Of a stretch of 64,000 nucleotides of DNA, positions 62,863 to 64,000 are shown piece after piece. Source of the stretch: Podarcis bocagei (Eukaryota). Position 1 is the stretch's first letter; each line of letters begins with the position of its first letter. Under the pieces are notes generated by a model. The model did no database searches. It was given only the letters and a program-made list of their open reading frames with translations, and was not told where the DNA came from. The position numbers and the translations under genes were made by a program. The stretch lies in assembly GCA_964188305.1 (NCBI GenBank), contig OZ076889.1; one strand, 5' to 3'.

Positions 62863-63419
62863 CATGTGCATAGCATCAAATTGTCTCATGGGGAGGGACA
62901 TACTTTAAACATAAAACCCTACAAATGTTAAAACGGTACCTTCATGCCACCACATCTTTTGTCAGCCAAAGCCAACCTTTTTTAAAAAAATAGTTTTACA
63001 TTGCCTTTGGGCTATGTTCATGTAAGGGGAAGGATATTCCACAGCTGAGAGATAGACATGGAGAATACCTCCTTGTCTCCTTGCAGTTCTTACCTGGCAT
63101 ATGTATGGTAAATTTAGTCTATCTTAGAAAGTGTGATGGACCATAATTAGAGCCAGGCTCAGGTATAGATGTTGAATCAAAGGTGTAATATGTGCCAGCA
63201 GCTCCAACAGAGCTATTCAGATCAAAGAACAAACCATAGCTTGTCTGAAGTGATTCAGTGCTTGATGAAGTCTGCAGCCACCACACTTTGGACAACATTT
63301 GAGCTTGACCAAACATTGATTGCTGAAGAGAATCAAGAAAACATTATTATTTTTGATTCTCATCACTCAGTGACTGCAGAAGTCATCAAACCACCCTGAG
63401 ATCTACAGATGGAGGATGA

Positions 63420-63456
63420 TCTACTACTATTACTATTATTACTACTACTACTACTA
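63420..63456. repeat. (CTA/TTA)n microsatellite
   Basis: ctactactattactattattactactactactacta. Confidence 0.8.
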
Positions 63457-63699
63457 AGTACTGGAAAAAAGAGCAACTATGTTTGCAGAACCATAGTTTG
63501 TCTCCCAGCCCTAGGGTATTATTATTTTATGTCTTTTCATAAGAGAAAATTAATGCCCATGTAGAAAAAGTGTCCCTTTGGTAATATATAAAGGGTTGCC
63601 TGAGTGTCATTTTTGCAACAGGTACATGCATGTCTGTCATGACTGACCAGCCCATGAATCCACCTTCTCTATACATTACAAAATCCACACCTTTTCCTG

Positions 63700-63835
63700 T
63701 ATTGTGCGATGGCCACCCAGATGTTCTTGGACTCCAGCTGCCCTCATTCCTGACCCTTGGCCATGCTGGCTAGGGCTGATGGGAGCTGGGACTGACAAGA
63801 GGTGAATCTGGAGGATCACAGGCTTCCCACCCCTG
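63700..63835. mobile_element. Degenerate palindromic hAT MITE of the 58505 family
   Basis: ccagatgtt.ttggact...ctggctagggctgatgggag...atctggagg...cccctg. Confidence 0.55.
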
Positions 63836-64000
63836 CTACATGGAAATTGATTTTTCATATATGGAAAAGTAATATGGGAAGAAGCCATAGATCGCATATT
63901 TATGTAATATTGGCTGTTACAGCAAGAGTACTGTGCATTGAGCTTTTCCTAGGCATTGAAACAATCAAGCTCAGCACCATGCACCACTGGTCTAATAACA

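Overview
This is vertebrate genomic DNA, most likely from a squamate reptile; a lacertid-type lizard is inferred from the repeat families. The + strand carries three protein-coding genes in tandem. (1) AHCYL1/IRBIT: coding exons 2-17 at 14294-31419, with exon 1 upstream of the window, so 1-14293 is intron 1; the 3'UTR runs to about 33830. (2) A complete 21-exon STRIP1/FAM40A (ATG 38538, stop 55567, 825 aa) with a CpG-island promoter. (3) An intronless UBL4-family gene (60511-61086, 191 aa) with UBL4B-type residues. A very young, 5'-truncated Rex1/Babar LINE with an uninterrupted RT ORF sits between AHCYL1 and STRIP1. Introns and intergenic DNA contain Tc1/mariner (Tigger-like) and hAT MITEs and CR1, L2, L1 and SINE fragments. 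Most notable: an apparent reptilian orthologue of the retrogene UBL4B, usually described as mammalian and X-derived, at its mammalian syntenic position with a CRE-like/CCAAT promoter. ALX3, which lies between STRIP1 and UBL4B in mammals, is absent. Inverted MITE copies flank AHCYL1 exons 2-9, which would form an 843-nt stop-free circle. All family assignments come from recognition of the sequence, not database searches.
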